Below, in pieces: positions 28,593 through 32,000 of a stretch of 32,000 nt of DNA; position 1 is the first letter of the stretch, and every line of letters starts with the position of its first letter. The translations under genes and the position numbers were made by a program. The notes beneath the pieces were generated by a model, which did no database searches, was not told the origin of the DNA, and saw only the letters and a list, made by a program, of their open reading frames with translations. Source of the DNA: Candidatus Babelota bacterium (GTDB lineage: Bacteria > Babelota > Babeliae > Babelales > Vermiphilaceae); NCBI GenBank assembly GCA_039809905.1, contig JBDHVY010000001.1, forward strand, positions 960,001 through 992,000, given 5' to 3'.

Positions 28593-28774
28593 TATTTCTC
28601 CTCTTTTTTGTGTATAATTAACTTTGTTAGAAGTTTACTTTATTGTCTTTTTTATATGCAAGTTATTTCTGAAAAATTTGCCTATTTAAAATCATTATGT
28701 AGAATAAAGATTTATATTATACAATCATGCAGTTAGAAAATTATAAAATAAAATATAACAACAAGGATTATTTC

Positions 28775-30775
28775 ATGTCACAAATAAAGAAATATATTAA
28801 CTTTTTGTTTGTCATCGCATTAAGTTTACAAGTTAATAATAGTAATGCTATGGAATCAGATTATATTGCTGTTTCATCTCAAGATTTTGTTCAAGATGGT
28901 AGTAAATATGTTCCAACAATAATTGCACAGAATTCTCAATATCTAGCACCGGCTTTGATTGCTTTTGCAATGTGTGCCGTTGCAGAAAGAAAATTAAAAG
29001 TCTATGAAGCTTGTTCTAAAAAAGGCGTTGCAGCTAGGCAAGGCATTAATTCTCTTTATGAAGACATCAAAAAATCATGTGTTGATGGAGCAAATGCATG
29101 TATAAAAGCAGTACCTATGCCTGGTTTTGTTCGTAGTGGATTACAGCGAACGCTTACTTACTTATTTGGCAGCATTAATGATTATGTTGCTAATCATAAA
29201 AAATTTGCAGGAGGGGCATTATTGTTTCATGTAGTTGGAAAAGTTATACAACAACAAACATTAGGTGATGTAGGAGCAGGCATATCACTTGCTGCTGGAT
29301 TTGTTAAGAGTGTGTTGGATAGATATCATATCGAAAACATGAAAGCACATGATGAAACTCACAATCGACTTGATGGAATTGAAACAAAAATTGATAATGT
29401 ACAAACTACCGTTATAAAAAGTGTTTATGAGCTAAAGCAAGATGCTGAAAAAAATAAAAAAGAGATGATTGATGCGCTAGAGCAAAAAATTAACGATGTT
29501 TCTGGACAGATAAAAAAAGTGGAAGATGGAATTCAAACTGCTTTTGCCCAGTCTCAAAAAGCAATCGGAGAGAAGTTTAATGAGGTTACTACTCAGGTGA
29601 ATCAGGTAGAGGGAAGTGTTCAGGTTGTTAATAGTAAAGTACAGGCTGTTGATGGCAAAGTAGATAATTTGAAAGATACCGTTGAGCGTGGAAATGAAGA
29701 CGCTAACAAAAGGTTAATTGGCTTATCTATGAAATTAAATACAATGGAAGAAAAGATTCATGAAATAGCTAAAAATTTTGATGAGTCAAAAGAAGAGAAT
29801 ACTCTCATGCGAGGGGAATTTAAAAAAGCGCGTGAGCAATTAGCATCGGCACAAGAAAATCTTACTAATGTATCAGTTAAGCTTGTAAATCAGATGACAG
29901 AGTTGACTACTGCAACAAAAGAAGAGTTCAAAAACATCAGCGAAAGAACAGATGCTCAGCTTGAAAATCTTGCAACAAAAGTTGATGGTCAAAGTCGTGA
30001 TATAAAAGATACACAAGAAAATGTACAAACAATTCAAAAAAGCGTGAAGCAGTTAGTAGACGGGTTCCAGCAAGAGAATCTATTATTAAATGCTTTGGAG
30101 AAAATTGGACTAGAACATAATCAACGGCTACAGAATCTAGATAGCATGGTTAAGGGTATTTCAAGCCAAAATAAGGAACAATTTGAAGTACTCGAGAGTT
30201 CTTTTAAGCAACATGAAACAAGTCTGTTGAAAGTAACTAAAAGTGTGAGTTTATTGACAAAAGAACAACGCTCCTTTAAAGATTCTTGGTATGATCTTTT
30301 GAATAAAATGACAACATTAGAATCTATAGTTTATGAAATTCAGAAAGATAGTGAGAGAAAAGCTTTAGAAATACAACAACTTAAAGACCTGCTTGCACAA
30401 GCAGAGGAAAGAGATAAGCGAAGTGAAGAAAGAGAGGCGGCATCTGATAAGCTCATTAAAGACCTATATAATGAGTTTGCAAATAGAGCTCATATTTTTG
30501 ATCAAAAATTGAGTGAAGTCATTCAGAAACAAGATAAGTCTGATCAAAAACTTGATGAAATACTTCATGATTCGAAAAAAACTAGCGAGAATGTTAATTA
30601 TCTTGTAGGTGTTGTACAACTTTCTTTAAAGCCAGGCCACGGACAAGGATCACAACCACAATTATCTTTAACAAAAAAGAAAAAAACTAAAGAAATTGAG
30701 TTCAATATACCTGTGTATCCAGTCGATATGTTTACACAAAAGGCCTTGGAAGCTGAGCAGAAGCTCAATGAATAA
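28775..30775 (+). CDS. Exported long coiled-coil protein, unknown function
   Basis: The track gives 28727; ATG 28775 (MSQIKKYINFLFVIALSLQVNNSNA) gives a clean signal peptide. ~450 aa of heptad-like sequence after hydrophobic/Gly-rich segments. Confidence 0.82.
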   Translation: MSQIKKYINFLFVIALSLQVNNSNAMESDYIAVSSQDFVQDGSKYVPTIIAQNSQYLAPALIAFAMCAVAERKLKVYEACSKKGVAARQGINSLYEDIKKSCVDGANACIKAVPMPGFVRSGLQRTLTYLFGSINDYVANHKKFAGGALLFHVVGKVIQQQTLGDVGAGISLAAGFVKSVLDRYHIENMKAHDETHNRLDGIETKIDNVQTTVIKSVYELKQDAEKNKKEMIDALEQKINDVSGQIKKVEDGIQTAFAQSQKAIGEKFNEVTTQVNQVEGSVQVVNSKVQAVDGKVDNLKDTVERGNEDANKRLIGLSMKLNTMEEKIHEIAKNFDESKEENTLMRGEFKKAREQLASAQENLTNVSVKLVNQMTELTTATKEEFKNISERTDAQLENLATKVDGQSRDIKDTQENVQTIQKSVKQLVDGFQQENLLLNALEKIGLEHNQRLQNLDSMVKGISSQNKEQFEVLESSFKQHETSLLKVTKSVSLLTKEQRSFKDSWYDLLNKMTTLESIVYEIQKDSERKALEIQQLKDLLAQAEERDKRSEEREAASDKLIKDLYNEFANRAHIFDQKLSEVIQKQDKSDQKLDEILHDSKKTSENVNYLVGVVQLSLKPGHGQGSQPQLSLTKKKKTKEIEFNIPVYPVDMFTQKALEAEQKLNE

Positions 30776-30858
30776 TAAAGTGGGCTATTAAACAATAGTT
30801 TTAAATACGGTATACTATAACTTATAAGACTTTAATTCCATGAATCGGAGTATGACCC

Positions 30859-31554
30859 ATGAATAATGGTATGAAAAAAGCATTATTAGTTATAGTTGCC
30901 GTGATAAGTATCGCCACCGTTATTTGGTATTTTGGATTGCACAATTATATTACCCTAGCATCCTTACAGGAAAATAGAGCAGCTTTAGAAGAAGCTGTTC
31001 AAAAGAACTATCTACAATCAGTTGCGATATTTATAGCTATTTATACCGCTGTTATTACCGTTATGATACCAGGAGTACCACCATTGACCATCATTGGTGG
31101 TTTTTTATTTGGATTATTGCCAGGGGTATTATATTCAGGAATTGCTGCTGCAATAGGGGCAACAATATCGTTTTTGGTAATGAGATACGTTTTAAGTAAT
31201 GTGATCAGGGGTAAATATGCACAAAAATTGGACCGTTTTAATGAAAAGATTTTGTCGCAGGGTGCGGCAAGTTATTTATTAACGATGCAGTTGATAGGGG
31301 TTATCCCTTATTTTGTGATTAATACATTAGCGGCTTTGACAACGGTTTCTATATTTACTTTTTTTTGGACAACGCTCGTAGGTTCTTTACCCATTCTTTT
31401 TGTTTATGCGTTTGCAGGCAGACAATTATACTTGGTTGAATCGGCTGATGGCGTATTTTCGCCACGTATCATAGCATTGCTTGTGGTGTTAGCATTGGTA
31501 GCAATGTTGCCATTATTGATTAAGTTTTTCCGCAAAGATACAGAAGATGCATAA
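30859..31554 (+). CDS. VTT-domain / TVP38-TMEM64 family membrane protein
   Basis: 231 aa; MIPGVPPLTIIGGFLFGLLPGVLYSGIAAAIGATISFLVMRYVLSNVI and QLIGVIPYFVINTLAALTTVSIFTFFWTTLVGSLP. Confidence 0.87.
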   Translation: MNNGMKKALLVIVAVISIATVIWYFGLHNYITLASLQENRAALEEAVQKNYLQSVAIFIAIYTAVITVMIPGVPPLTIIGGFLFGLLPGVLYSGIAAAIGATISFLVMRYVLSNVIRGKYAQKLDRFNEKILSQGAASYLLTMQLIGVIPYFVINTLAALTTVSIFTFFWTTLVGSLPILFVYAFAGRQLYLVESADGVFSPRIIALLVVLALVAMLPLLIKFFRKDTEDA

Positions 31555-32000
31555 GCAGTTTTAATGTTTTTGATGAGATTCACAAATGTTGAAGAGTGCC
31601 TAACGGCATTAATACCTAGTTTTTGTGCGGCATCAATATTTTCTTGTTGATCATCAATAAACCAACAATTTTCTGGTTGTAGCTGATAGCGGTCAAGCAG
31701 AGCCTGATAAATTGGGGCATGAGGTTTATTTGATTTCACTTCTGCCGAAATTATTATGCCATCAAAAAGATCAAAAACATCGGCATATTCTTTTTTGAGT
31801 AATGCAAATGATTCGCTATCCCAATTAGAAAGGCCATAGACATTGTGGCCTTGTTTTTTGCACTTTTTTATAAATGCTATGCATGCAGGGGATATTTTAC
31901 GAGAACTGATAAATATTTCTGGTGTAAAGATTAACTCTGCAATGTTTTGAATAATACGCTTTTCTGCCTGGCATTTGAACCATTCTGGATGAATAGCAAA
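31404..32000 (-). CDS. HAD-like hydrolase family protein, partial at the right edge
   Basis: Manual reverse translation shows the frame is open to position 32000: FAIHPEWFKCQAEKRIIQNIAELIFTPEIFISSRKISPACIAFIKKCKKQGHNVYGLSNWDSESFALLKKEYADVFDLFDGIIISAEVKSNKPHAPIYQALLDRYQLQPENCWFIDDQQENIDAAQKLGINAV. The track start at 31739 is only an internal GTG. Confidence 0.85.
   Translation of the reverse strand, partial: FAIHPEWFKCQAEKRIIQNIAELIFTPEIFISSRKISPACIAFIKKCKKQGHNVYGLSNWDSESFALLKKEYADVFDLFDGIIISAEVKSNKPHAPIYQALLDRYQLQPENCWFIDDQQENIDAAQKLGINAVRHSSTFVNLIKNIKTAYASSVSLRKNLINNGNIATNANTTSNAMIRGENTPSADSTKYNCLPANA

Overview
This 32 kb window is AT-rich and protein-dense. Gene content and protein style (many small or medium exported proteins of unknown function, ankyrin and coiled-coil exported proteins, exported HAD proteins, reduced operons) resemble a host-associated bacterium, possibly Candidatus Dependentiae/TM6. 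That taxonomic guess is inference only. Well-supported content: topA (-); plsC-like acyltransferase; a compact Bat (Bacteroides aerotolerance) locus with two VWA proteins, a TPR protein with a very long Q/K/N/E/D tail, a BatD-like protein and a BatE-like TPR+SH3 protein; an anchored M23 peptidase; lepB; tRNA-Cys(GCA) and tRNA-Leu(TAA); HU; a FUN14-like protein; a GspE/PilB ATPase split into two overlapping ORFs; a sufC-sufB-sufD-sufS cluster; a membrane-anchored ankyrin protein; two HAD-like proteins (one truncated by the window end); a 670-aa exported coiled-coil protein; and a VTT/TVP38-family membrane protein. The most interesting observations are (1) an exported ~820-aa protein with a possible caspase-fold (clan CD) His/Cys dyad, YVIGHGG...YTTCFSGG, with a coiled-coil-like insert between the motifs; (2) a small family of ~33-35 nt dispersed palindromic intergenic elements, one of which probably creates a false upstream start for the M23 gene; (3) the split GspE ATPase; (4) a Bat locus with no adjacent MoxR/DUF58 genes; and (5) several exported eukaryotic-like candidate effectors. 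No CRISPR array, transposase or rRNA was seen.
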